Source: a virus | Taxonomy: Duplodnaviria; Caudoviricetes | DNA length: 64,000 bases | IMG/VR virus record: IMGVR_UViG_3300028048_000072 | Span: 1 to 64,000 of that record | Strand: one strand, 5' to 3' | Shown here: in pieces, positions 38,678-48,176 of the stretch | How the letters are laid out: each line of letters starts with the position of its first letter | How positions within the stretch are numbered: position 1 is the first letter of the stretch | The notes under the pieces: model-generated | Seen by the model: the letters and a program-made list of their open reading frames with translations, nothing else | The model's database searches: none | What the model was told of the DNA's origin: nothing | Translations under genes and position numbers: made by a program

Positions 38678-38682
38678 GTAAG

Positions 38683-39948
38683 TTGGATATATTATATTTA
38701 AGGAGTTATGTTTTGGCAACAATAATAGATTTTAACTTAGAATTAAGTAGAAGAATGTCATTATTTAAAGAAAAATGTGAAACAAGATATAATATGGATG
38801 GCACAAGTCAAAACATCTATCATTTTGATAATAAATCATTTTTTGTATTAAAAGAATCATTGATGCAAAACGGACAAATTGGATTTTATATTAAATTAAA
38901 AGAAAATGGAGAATATAAATTCTGTACGGATGTTTCTAAAGAAGAAATTGAAAAAGAAATTACAAAATACAATGAATTTGATTTAGAACGATTATTTAGC
39001 AGAATGTATTTTAAATGTTATTGTATTGAATCAAAATTACCTACAACATTTTATTTGAATGGTAGTTATGTAAATACAGATGTTCATCGAGCATGGCAAA
39101 AAAGAGATGAACATTATCAACAATATATTTTAGCAAAAAATAAAGAAGATTTTAAAAAATTAGTAAAAGAACATGATGAAACAAAACGTGCAATCATGGC
39201 TAGAAAAATACAAACAAGAATCAGATTCTCAAAATTAGGAAATGGTGAGAAAGCATATTTAAGTATTCATTGTCATAATAATATTGTATGTAGAAAAATG
39301 ATGACTTCAATTCAATATGTAGTAGAATTTAGAAAAGAATTTTTAAATGCTTTTAATTCTCAAACCAAATTTAAAACATTAGAAACATTCCTTTCTCATG
39401 AAACATTCTTTCAACTTTTAATGAAAAATTCTTATTTTTATCAAAATGATTATGTTACTCCAACTAAATCATTTATTAGTAGAGAATTCAGTAAATTTAA
39501 AGCATTAGTTATTAAAATTTTAAAAGGTGGAATTATTCAAAAATTTACTAAAGAAGAAATGGAATTTTCGGGATATTTAGATAATGGAATTAATAAAAAA
39601 TACTCTTTAGAAGTTAAAAATAGAACTTTATATGAAAGATTTAGTATGTATTTTACTGATTTAGTTCAATATTTTGATAAAAAATTTGATTTAAAAAAAT
39701 TTAAAAATTATTATTTGTCCTTATTTAATATTGTTAATAAAGAGTGTTTTCCTTCTGTAAAATTTCTTGGATTATACAAAGTCTACGAAAAGTTGCAAGA
39801 AAAAGTAAAAAAAGAGTATGACGAACGTACTTACGGATGGCATACTACTCAAAATGGTGCAGTTTGGGATACAAAAGCCTTTGAATTACATATGAAATAC
39901 CTAAAACGTAAATTTGCAATAGAAGCATCGAAAAAATCAGAAAAATAA
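38683..39948 (+). CDS. Hypothetical basic protein (likely start TTG 38713)
   Basis: 421-aa ORF; AGGAG lies 7 nt before TTG 38713; no recognisable motif. Confidence 0.7.
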   Translation: MDILYLRSYVLATIIDFNLELSRRMSLFKEKCETRYNMDGTSQNIYHFDNKSFFVLKESLMQNGQIGFYIKLKENGEYKFCTDVSKEEIEKEITKYNEFDLERLFSRMYFKCYCIESKLPTTFYLNGSYVNTDVHRAWQKRDEHYQQYILAKNKEDFKKLVKEHDETKRAIMARKIQTRIRFSKLGNGEKAYLSIHCHNNIVCRKMMTSIQYVVEFRKEFLNAFNSQTKFKTLETFLSHETFFQLLMKNSYFYQNDYVTPTKSFISREFSKFKALVIKILKGGIIQKFTKEEMEFSGYLDNGINKKYSLEVKNRTLYERFSMYFTDLVQYFDKKFDLKKFKNYYLSLFNIVNKECFPSVKFLGLYKVYEKLQEKVKKEYDERTYGWHTTQNGAVWDTKAFELHMKYLKRKFAIEASKKSEK

Positions 39949-39959
39949 TGGATTTTTCA

Positions 39960-39988
39960 TTGACTTTTTATGTTCTCATAAATATACT
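39960..39988 (+). promoter_or_regulatory. Sigma70-type promoter TTGACT-17-TATACT
   Basis: Upstream of the helicase gene. Confidence 0.7.
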
Positions 39989-40025
39989 CTTATATAAGAT
40001 TTTATAAGTGTGAGGATAATGTAAT

Positions 40026-42617
40026 ATGAGTAAACTTCAATTGAGAAGTTTGGAAGAAATTAAAACAAAATATCCTTATTTGGATATTAATGATAAGTAT
40101 AAACAGATTTTTAATATTCTTGAAAATACAAATGATATGTTGAATATTGTAGGGGAAGCGGGTTGTGGAAAAGCACAACCTTTAGATACAATTATTCCTA
40201 CACCTAATGGATATAAAAGATTTGGTGATTTGAAAGTAGGTGATTACGTTTTTGACAGAAACGGAAAACCAACAAAAGTAATCGGTGTTTATCCTAGAGG
40301 TAAACTTGATTTATATAAGGTTACTCTTTCAGATGGTAGAGAAACATTTTGTAACGATGACCATTTGTGGTCTTATTATACATCTAGGGGAAATCTTAAA
40401 ACTGTTTCACTTAGAGAAATGATTGATAAAGGAATCATTAAAGAAACTCGTTCTAAAAACGATAATCGTATAAGAAAAAATTGTAGATTTAAAATTCCTA
40501 CACATAATCAAGTTGAATTTAATTTTCATGATAAATTACCAATTGACCCTTATGTGATAGGGGCATTTATCGGAAACGGATGTAATTTAGAAAAACAATT
40601 ATCATTTTCTAGTAATGATGAATTTACTGTATCGGAATGTTCTAAACTTTTAAATTTTGATTACGATAAATTATCTGATAAAAATTATACATGGGTCTTT
40701 AGATATAAAGAAAAATGTGAAAATCCTAATAAAATTAGACCTCAAACATTGGAAATTTTTTCTGAATTTAAAAATGAACTTTGTGTTAAATCTAATTTAA
40801 AAAGAATACCACAAATATATAAAACTTCATCGATTAAAAATCGATTGTCTTTAATTCAAGGTCTGTTTGATACAGATGGTAGTATTACAGAAAGTGATGG
40901 AAGAATGAATTTATCATATTCTACAACTTCTATAAATTTAGCAAACGATATTAAGGAAGTTCTTTTATCATTAGGATATGTATCATCAATTCACCTTTAT
41001 AAAAGAGATAATAAAAACGATTGTTATACTCTTAATGTAAACATTAATGATTTTGAAAAATATAATTTTTTTAGACTTCCTAGAAAGTTAGAAAAAATAA
41101 AATGTAGAAATAAAAATAGAAATTATAATATGGTTGGAATTAAAAAAGTTACTCCAATGAACACAAAAGTTGAAATGATGTGCATTAAAGTAGATAATGA
41201 TGAAGAATTATATCTTACAAATGATTACATTGTAACACATAACACTACACTACTTGAAATCCTAAATTTTGCCATTAAAGGTAATGTTATGATTTGTGCG
41301 AGTACGGGTGTTGCTAGTTCATTACTTTCATCTGCAGATGGTGTTTTTGCTACTACAATTCATTCTGCTTTTAATATTGCACCACAGACAATTTATTCTA
41401 ATAGTTTTCCTAAATTAAATTTTCTTAAAAAAGAAGTAATTAGTAATACAGATTGTTTGATTATAGATGAAATGTCTATGGTAAACGCATCTTTATTTGA
41501 TTATCTTATTAATTTAATCAAATATACTCGGCATGGTAGTTTACCTAGAATTATTTTGTTTTCTGATATTTTGCAGTTAGAGCCTGTAATTGGAAATAAT
41601 GATGTTGTAACCAATTATTTTAAAAACCTTTATAAAGGAAATGTTTTTTATTTTAATTCAAATGCTTTTAAGGATTTAAATTTCAAAACAATTCTTTTGA
41701 ATAAAGTTTATAGACAGAATGGAGATAATGAATTTAAAGATATTCTCAATAGAATTCGTGTAGGAAAAGCAACAAGATATGATTTGGATAAATTAAATAC
41801 TAGAGTTGCTACAGAAGATGAAGAATTGTATTGGGAAATTGACCATCCAACTTCATTAAAAATTGTTACTACCAATAAGAACGCAGAAAGATATAATAAT
41901 ATGCGATATGAATTATTGGAAGGTGAAGAATTTATATATAGAGCAAATATGACAGAATCGTTTGTTGCATCTGATTTATATAAAAGTGGTTTATACCCTG
42001 AAGAAATTAAATTAAAAATTGGTGCATCAGTAATGATTTTGAAAAACGATATTAATAAAGAATATGTAAACGGTGATATGGGTATCGTTGAATCATGTGA
42101 TGTTGAAAATAGAACTGTTCGTGTAAAACTTAATAGTGGTAAACTTGTTACCGTTCATGAATATGAAACAGATGAATATGACTATTATGTTGAAAAAAAT
42201 GATGATGGTAGTACATCAGTATATACTAGAGTTAAATCTTCATATATAAATGTTCCGTTAAAATTAGCTTATGCTACAACAGTTCATAAATCACAAGGTT
42301 TGACATTAGATTATGGATGTTTTGATAAGGGAAGTTGGGTAACTAATGCTAGTGTTTATGTTGCTTTATCAAGATTTAAAAGATTAGAAGGATTCATTTT
42401 AAGTAAACCATTGGAAATGAAAGATATTCTGATTAATGATGAAGCATTGAGTTTCTTAAACAATGTAGAATCAGAAAATAATTCAATATTGGATGATAAA
42501 GAATATGTTGAAGAAAAAGAAGAAAAGAAAGATATAAGAAGTGAATTTTTATCTAAATTGGAAAGTTTAGATGAAGGTAAATTAAATAAACTGATGAAAT
42601 TAATAGACAATGTATAA
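40026..42617 (+). CDS. Pif1/RecD-like SF1B helicase containing an intein
   Basis: GEAGCGK|TT Walker A split by the intein; IIDEMSM; LNKVYRQ; LAYATTVHKSQGLTLD; YVALSR. Confidence 0.9.
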   Translation: MSKLQLRSLEEIKTKYPYLDINDKYKQIFNILENTNDMLNIVGEAGCGKAQPLDTIIPTPNGYKRFGDLKVGDYVFDRNGKPTKVIGVYPRGKLDLYKVTLSDGRETFCNDDHLWSYYTSRGNLKTVSLREMIDKGIIKETRSKNDNRIRKNCRFKIPTHNQVEFNFHDKLPIDPYVIGAFIGNGCNLEKQLSFSSNDEFTVSECSKLLNFDYDKLSDKNYTWVFRYKEKCENPNKIRPQTLEIFSEFKNELCVKSNLKRIPQIYKTSSIKNRLSLIQGLFDTDGSITESDGRMNLSYSTTSINLANDIKEVLLSLGYVSSIHLYKRDNKNDCYTLNVNINDFEKYNFFRLPRKLEKIKCRNKNRNYNMVGIKKVTPMNTKVEMMCIKVDNDEELYLTNDYIVTHNTTLLEILNFAIKGNVMICASTGVASSLLSSADGVFATTIHSAFNIAPQTIYSNSFPKLNFLKKEVISNTDCLIIDEMSMVNASLFDYLINLIKYTRHGSLPRIILFSDILQLEPVIGNNDVVTNYFKNLYKGNVFYFNSNAFKDLNFKTILLNKVYRQNGDNEFKDILNRIRVGKATRYDLDKLNTRVATEDEELYWEIDHPTSLKIVTTNKNAERYNNMRYELLEGEEFIYRANMTESFVASDLYKSGLYPEEIKLKIGASVMILKNDINKEYVNGDMGIVESCDVENRTVRVKLNSGKLVTVHEYETDEYDYYVEKNDDGSTSVYTRVKSSYINVPLKLAYATTVHKSQGLTLDYGCFDKGSWVTNASVYVALSRFKRLEGFILSKPLEMKDILINDEALSFLNNVESENNSILDDKEYVEEKEEKKDIRSEFLSKLESLDEGKLNKLMKLIDNV
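40173..41243 (+). mobile_element. Intein (357 aa, Ala1, LAGLIDADG endonuclease), class-3-type
   Basis: AQPLDT...DHLW...MMCIKV...IVTHN|T; LAGLIDADG motifs GAFIGNG and GLFDTDG. Confidence 0.9.
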
Positions 42618-42628
42618 AGGAGAAAAAT

Positions 42629-42952
42629 ATGTCTGATAAATATGATTTTGTATCACATCCAAATCATTATAATGGTCATGTGGTATTAGGTAAAAAAAAT
42701 ACAGATTCAGAAAAAGAACCATTTCTAATGGAAACAATTGATTATCTTGATTCTAGGGCAAGAAGATTTGAAGGTATTTTGAAATATGATGAACTTCATT
42801 CTTATATTGATTGTGGTAAATATTATGATAGAGCAGGAGATAAACCCGAACAAGGAAAAAGTGTAAGGGGAAAACTTTATGAAGATATTGGAAAAATGAT
42901 TTGGTATCTTGAACATTGTAGAGAACTTATGAAGAAAAACGGATTAGATTAA
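42629..42952 (+). CDS. DUF3310 / T7 gp1.7-like putative nucleotide kinase
   Basis: DFVSHPNHY...ETIDY...KYYDRAGDK...EDIGKMIWYLE. Confidence 0.7.
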   Translation: MSDKYDFVSHPNHYNGHVVLGKKNTDSEKEPFLMETIDYLDSRARRFEGILKYDELHSYIDCGKYYDRAGDKPEQGKSVRGKLYEDIGKMIWYLEHCRELMKKNGLD

Positions 42953-43052
42953 AAAAAATAATTTGACTTTTTTTCTAAAATAAGCAATAATATCGTTGTT
43001 CGTTGAACAATGTAATAAATTAAGGTCTTAGACCAATTAAGGAGATTAGCGT

Positions 43053-44426
43053 ATGACAGTAGAAGAACGCAAAAAGAAATTTGAAGAAGCCAAAAAAGCA
43101 AGAGAAATGAAATTGAAGGAAGAATCTAGTGGTGGATTCGGAAGTGTGGATGTACCTGATTTTAAGTGTGCAGTATTGAAACCAAATAAGGGTATGGTTA
43201 TTCGTCTTATCGGTAATGCCGTAGAAATGGCAGAAAAAGATACAGACCCTATCATTGTAGAAAGGTCTGTAATTAAGGGTGATGATGATAAGTGGTTTAA
43301 TTTGATTTGGTCAAAAGATGATGAACACCCGATGAATAAATTGAAAAAAACTATTTTGGGAAAATATTCATGGGATAAAGATAATAAATGTCGTATTTAT
43401 GAAAATAAAGATTTGGCAGTTTTCAAGCGTTTCATGACAAATGGAATTGAAGGAAATCCTTATAATCAAGGAATGATGCCACAGAAGTTTATTTTGTTTA
43501 ATTGTATTACACGTGGTGATGATACGTGGTGTAAAGACAATAAACATACGAAGATGTTGTGTTGGGATGCCACAGAAAAAGAAGTTGATGGTAAAATGGT
43601 AAGTTATCCTACTTATGGTGTAAAACCAAGTTTTTATCGGGAAATTTTTGACAAAAAATGCACTCTCCTCAATCGTCATTTTGAAGATACAGATTTTTAT
43701 GTAAAACGTCTTAGTAAGGAAACAAAAATTGGTGATTCTTACATGATGATTCTTACACCTGAAGAAAAATCTGCAATTAGAGGTGAGGGTGAAAAACAAG
43801 GTGTAGATTTCTTGTCATTTATTAATGATGATTATCTTTCTGATGAAGAAGCATCTTATGAAAGATATGTTTTGAAAGACATTCCTTTCGTTAGTATGTC
43901 TACTCCCGTAAGTGTAATTCTTTCAAAACTCGGAAAATACATTAAAGAAGTAGATAAGACATTTGGAACAAATCACTATGAAGAATTTGTTGAATGGAAA
44001 GCAAAGGAAATTTCTGAATTGAAACAGAAGAATGAAAATAAAGAAGAAGATTCTAAGAAAGAATCATCTGTTTCAACAAGTTCATCAAATGGAACATCTT
44101 TTAATGATATGAAAAAGGTAGAAACAACATCTGCAGATAATGAAGAAGTTGTCGAAGAAGAAAACAATCTTCCCACAGAAGTTGAAGAACCTAAAGTTGT
44201 TACAAAGAAAGTTTTGAAAAAGACATTCAATGTCAATGACTATAAAGATGCGATTCCTTTTGTAGAAAAACTTACTGATTCAGAAAAATCAACAATTGTT
44301 GGTGTGGATGATGATGCAGGTGAATTGAAATTAGAAGGAACTGATATTTGTGAGTGTCCTCAATGTAATGCTACAATTGGTGATTGGCATGTATGTCCAT
44401 TCTGCGGGACAGAATTTGATGAATAA
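43053..44426 (+). CDS. Single-stranded DNA-binding protein (gp32-like), putative, with C-terminal zinc ribbon
   Basis: 'VIRLIG...QKFILFNCITRGD...KML' pattern, acidic linker, terminal CPQC...CPFC; located between helicase and RecA. Confidence 0.55.
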   Translation: MTVEERKKKFEEAKKAREMKLKEESSGGFGSVDVPDFKCAVLKPNKGMVIRLIGNAVEMAEKDTDPIIVERSVIKGDDDKWFNLIWSKDDEHPMNKLKKTILGKYSWDKDNKCRIYENKDLAVFKRFMTNGIEGNPYNQGMMPQKFILFNCITRGDDTWCKDNKHTKMLCWDATEKEVDGKMVSYPTYGVKPSFYREIFDKKCTLLNRHFEDTDFYVKRLSKETKIGDSYMMILTPEEKSAIRGEGEKQGVDFLSFINDDYLSDEEASYERYVLKDIPFVSMSTPVSVILSKLGKYIKEVDKTFGTNHYEEFVEWKAKEISELKQKNENKEEDSKKESSVSTSSSNGTSFNDMKKVETTSADNEEVVEEENNLPTEVEEPKVVTKKVLKKTFNVNDYKDAIPFVEKLTDSEKSTIVGVDDDAGELKLEGTDICECPQCNATIGDWHVCPFCGTEFDE

Positions 44427-44446
44427 GATTAATTTAAAATAATCTG

Positions 44447-44478
44447 AAAGGAGATAGAAAAAATCTATCTCCTTTTTA
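44447..44478 (+). terminator. Intrinsic terminator
   Basis: AAAGGAGATAGA...TCTATCTCCTTT stem followed by a T tract. Confidence 0.7.
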
Positions 44479-44500
44479 TTTTTAACTTGAAAATTTTTAA

Positions 44501-46582
44501 ATGATTGTTTATCCTAAATGTATGGATGAAATTGTAAAAAAAGGACATGGTTATTATCTCAATGATTTTAAATTTTACACAAAAGAAAGTATTAGTAAAA
44601 TTTTACATAAAAAGAACACAACGATTCAATTGATTATAGATTATTTAGGAATAAAATCATATCCAAATAAATGGAATAAAAATTTATATACAGAATCAGA
44701 TTTTTGTCAAATACAAGAATTTGTGAAGGAAAATCCAAACACAAAAGTTTTTTTCACCAAACAAACAAATCTTAAACGATATGGTGTGGATTCTTTTACT
44801 AAAACTGAAAAATTTAAAAATGAAATTAAAAACACTTGTATGAAGAAATATGGAGTAGAACATTATTCTAAAACTAAAGAATATAAAGATAAATGTAAAA
44901 AAACAAATTTAAAGCGTTTCGGATGTGAATATTCTTTGCAGAGTGAAGAAGTTAGAAATAAAGGAAAACTAACTAATTTTGAAAAATACGGAAATGTAGT
45001 TTATAGTAAAACTGATGATTTTAAAGAAAAATATAAAAACGCAATGATTAAAAATTATGGTGTAGAACATTATTCTCAAACAGATGAATTTAAAGAAAAA
45101 TGTAAAAAAACATCATTAGAAAGATATGGTGAAGAACATTATATTAACGTTGAAAAAATTAAAAATACATCTATTAAAAAATATGGAGTAAGTAGTTATA
45201 CAAAAACACAAGAATATAAAGATAAAGTAAATAAAACCAATTTAGAAAAATATGGAACTTTATGGACATTACAGAATAAAGAAATTAGAAATAAAATTAA
45301 AGAAACAAATTTAAAAAAATATGGTTGTGAAAATCCATATCAAGCAGAAGAAATAAAAGAAAAAATAAAGAAAACAAATTTAAACCGTTATGGTGTAGAA
45401 CATCCATCTCAATCTGATGAAATACACAACAAAATGTTTTCTCATTTAAAATCAAAGAATGACGGTTATTTATCTAAAGCGGAAAAGAAATTTGCAGAAA
45501 TGCTTACTAATAGAAATATAAATTTTAAGCATGAGTATTTTTATAACAATAAACATTGGGATTTTGCTATTTTTGTAGATAATAATTTAAATACTTTGGT
45601 TGAAATTGATGGCGAATATAATCATGGTTTAATTTCTGATTTTAACGGTGTTCATGTTAAAGACCAAGAAGATTATGGTAGATTTTCATTGATAGATGAA
45701 AATATAAAGTTTATAGCAATTGATTCTAAAAAGATTGATGAAAGTTTTTCTCTTTTATTTGAAACATTAAATATTGATTATGAAAAATGGATTAATAATA
45801 TATTAAATTCACTTCCTGAAGAATTCCCATATCATGAATATTCTGATAAAAGAATGATGAATGATTGGAAACATTTATGTGAATATGAATATAAAGTTGG
45901 TCAAAAATTGGGATATTCTATTATAAATAATTTTCATAAATCAATTTATTCATGTAGTATTAAAAATAAACCATCTCCATTAAACGCATGGAATGATAAA
46001 AAATTATTGGAAAAATGCGTAAGAAACAGATTTATTTATAAATCGATTTTAAGTTCACAAAACATTGCAGATGGATTTAATGTTTGCAAAATTGCACCAA
46101 AGATTTCAATATTTAATCCTAGTTTAGCAAGATATTTAACAGAAAAATATCTGAATGAGTATGATATTATTTTTGACCCTTTCAGTGGATTTAGTGGAAG
46201 AATGTTAGGTGTATGTTCTTTAGGTAAAAAATACATTGGTCAAGATATTAATGAAACTACTATAAAAGAAAGCGAATTAATTAAAAATAAATTTAATTTG
46301 GATGCTACATTGAAAATAAAAGATGTTTTTGATTCTTATGGAGAATATGATTGTTTGTTTACATGTTCCCCTTATTCTGATAAAGAAAATTGGAATAATA
46401 AAAATCAGAAAATATTATTTTGTGATGAATGGATAGATGTTTGTTTAAATCATTTCAAGTGCAAATCTTATTTATTTGTTGTAGATAATACAGAAAAATA
46501 TAAAGATTATATTGTAGAAGAAATTGATAACATTTCACATTTTAATTATAATAAAGAATATGTAGTTTATATAACTATATAA
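44501..46582 (+). CDS. wHTH + 10 KYG repeats + PD-(D/E)xK nuclease + amino-DNA methyltransferase fusion
   Basis: SKAEKKF...WDFAIF...VEIDGEYNH nuclease; IFDPFSGFSGR (SAM-binding motif I) and FTCSPY (motif IV variant). Confidence 0.75.
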   Translation: MIVYPKCMDEIVKKGHGYYLNDFKFYTKESISKILHKKNTTIQLIIDYLGIKSYPNKWNKNLYTESDFCQIQEFVKENPNTKVFFTKQTNLKRYGVDSFTKTEKFKNEIKNTCMKKYGVEHYSKTKEYKDKCKKTNLKRFGCEYSLQSEEVRNKGKLTNFEKYGNVVYSKTDDFKEKYKNAMIKNYGVEHYSQTDEFKEKCKKTSLERYGEEHYINVEKIKNTSIKKYGVSSYTKTQEYKDKVNKTNLEKYGTLWTLQNKEIRNKIKETNLKKYGCENPYQAEEIKEKIKKTNLNRYGVEHPSQSDEIHNKMFSHLKSKNDGYLSKAEKKFAEMLTNRNINFKHEYFYNNKHWDFAIFVDNNLNTLVEIDGEYNHGLISDFNGVHVKDQEDYGRFSLIDENIKFIAIDSKKIDESFSLLFETLNIDYEKWINNILNSLPEEFPYHEYSDKRMMNDWKHLCEYEYKVGQKLGYSIINNFHKSIYSCSIKNKPSPLNAWNDKKLLEKCVRNRFIYKSILSSQNIADGFNVCKIAPKISIFNPSLARYLTEKYLNEYDIIFDPFSGFSGRMLGVCSLGKKYIGQDINETTIKESELIKNKFNLDATLKIKDVFDSYGEYDCLFTCSPYSDKENWNNKNQKILFCDEWIDVCLNHFKCKSYLFVVDNTEKYKDYIVEEIDNISHFNYNKEYVVYITI

Positions 46583-46598
46583 AAAAGAAGGTGATTAT

Positions 46599-46928
46599 AT
46601 GAAAGATACTTTTAATATTTCAAAAGATTATATTATTGAAGGAATTTATCTTAAAAAAGGTTCTAAATTATCGTTAGTTGAAGAAGTTGAAATTGGTTCA
46701 GAAGAATCTAGGGAAGAATTGGAATTAAAGGCTCAACCTCTCATTGATTTGGCAATTGAAAACAATATTATTGAAGAAAATGATTTTGATAAGATTGAAA
46801 AAATAACTGATTTTTACATTACAAAATATTTGGAAAATCCACAGAACGTACCTACATTAGAAGATGTAAAGAAATTGATTTCTGAAATCGATGATTGTGA
46901 TGTTATTAGAAATGAATTCATTGATTAA
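46599..46928 (+). CDS. Acidic late protein sharing an N-terminal module with 27281..27706
   Basis: KDYIIEGIYLKKGSKLSLVE versus KNYFIEGRLVKKGTRIMLE; TAACTAT at 46572. Confidence 0.7.
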   Translation: MKDTFNISKDYIIEGIYLKKGSKLSLVEEVEIGSEESREELELKAQPLIDLAIENNIIEENDFDKIEKITDFYITKYLENPQNVPTLEDVKKLISEIDDCDVIRNEFID

Positions 46929-46948
46929 ATTTTTTAAATAATAAAAAA

Positions 46949-46991
46949 TTGACATTGAAAACTTTCTGTACTATATTTGTACAGAAAGTTT
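46949..46991 (+). promoter_or_regulatory. Sigma70-type promoter TTGACA-17-TATATT overlapped by a 13-bp hairpin
   Basis: AAACTTTCTGTAC-TATATTT-GTACAGAAAGTTT. Confidence 0.7.
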
Positions 46992-47010
46992 ATTTTTTAT
47001 GGAGGATTAA

Positions 47011-48102
47011 ATGACTATCGAAGAAAAGAAAAAGAAGTTGGCACTTTTAAACAAGTCTTTTGAAAAGAAGTACAATTCTAAAATGATTGTAAAAGGAAGC
47101 GATGTTCCAAAAGTAGAATTCTATTCAACGGGAATTCCAAGTATTGATACTATTTTAGGTGGAGGATGGGCAAAAAAACGTATTGGTTCAGTTTATGGCG
47201 AATTCTCTAGTGGAAAAACAACTCATTTGTTGCAGACAATTGCATACAATCAGAAAATTGACCCCGATTTTATGGCACTTTATGTAGACCAAGAAAACGC
47301 ATTGGATATTGATTATTGTGAAAAATTGGGAATCGATATGGAAAGATTTCAAGTAATTGAATCTGATAAAGCAGAAAAAAATCTTGATGCTTTAAGAGCA
47401 ACAATTGAAGAAGGATTTTATAATATCATTGTAATTGATAGTACAAATGCATTAGTACCTACTACAGAATTGGAAAAAGATGTATCTTCTACGGCAAGTA
47501 TTGGTACAGTTGCAAAACTTCTTTCTGTATTTACACGAATGGTTGTAGGAATGTTGAATAAATCTGAATCTAAAACTGCATTGATTTGTATAGAACAGAC
47601 TAGGGAAAAAGTCGGTGCGATGGCGGTGAACGGTATTATTCCACAAGTTATTGGTTGTGGTAAAGCCGTAGGATTTTATTGTTCACAAAGATTGGAATTT
47701 AAGAAAGGAAAACCAATTACTGAAGGAGATGAAACAATTGGAAATACTACAAAAGTTAAATGTGTAAAGAATAAAGTTTATACACCTTTTGCTAAAGTTG
47801 AAGTGCCTATGGTATTTGGTAAAGGATTTGATGTTGAAATGGATAATCAGATGTTCATTATTGATAGTGGTATTATTGAACGTATTAATGCACAAAAATG
47901 GTCATATACTGCTAATAACGGTGAAGTAATTGAAATTCGTGGTCAGAAAAATATCATCCCTACACTTAAAGAAAAAGGTCTTTTTGAAGAAGCATTTGAA
48001 AACGCAAAACAAAAAGTATTTGCTCATACTGATACAAAATCAGAATATGAAGGAATTGATTTGGAAGAAGAACAGAATAAAGAAATTGTTATAGAAGAAT
48101 AA
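47011..48102 (+). CDS. recA: RecA/UvsX recombinase
   Basis: STGIPSIDTILGGG, YGEFSSGKTT, YVDQENALD, IVIDS, KCVKNKVYTPF. Confidence 0.95.
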   Translation: MTIEEKKKKLALLNKSFEKKYNSKMIVKGSDVPKVEFYSTGIPSIDTILGGGWAKKRIGSVYGEFSSGKTTHLLQTIAYNQKIDPDFMALYVDQENALDIDYCEKLGIDMERFQVIESDKAEKNLDALRATIEEGFYNIIVIDSTNALVPTTELEKDVSSTASIGTVAKLLSVFTRMVVGMLNKSESKTALICIEQTREKVGAMAVNGIIPQVIGCGKAVGFYCSQRLEFKKGKPITEGDETIGNTTKVKCVKNKVYTPFAKVEVPMVFGKGFDVEMDNQMFIIDSGIIERINAQKWSYTANNGEVIEIRGQKNIIPTLKEKGLFEEAFENAKQKVFAHTDTKSEYEGIDLEEEQNKEIVIEE

Positions 48103-48176
48103 TTTATTAATGTCTATGATTTAGGCGAAAAACCTAAATCATAGACATATTAAAATTATTTCACAAGGATTAAGTT

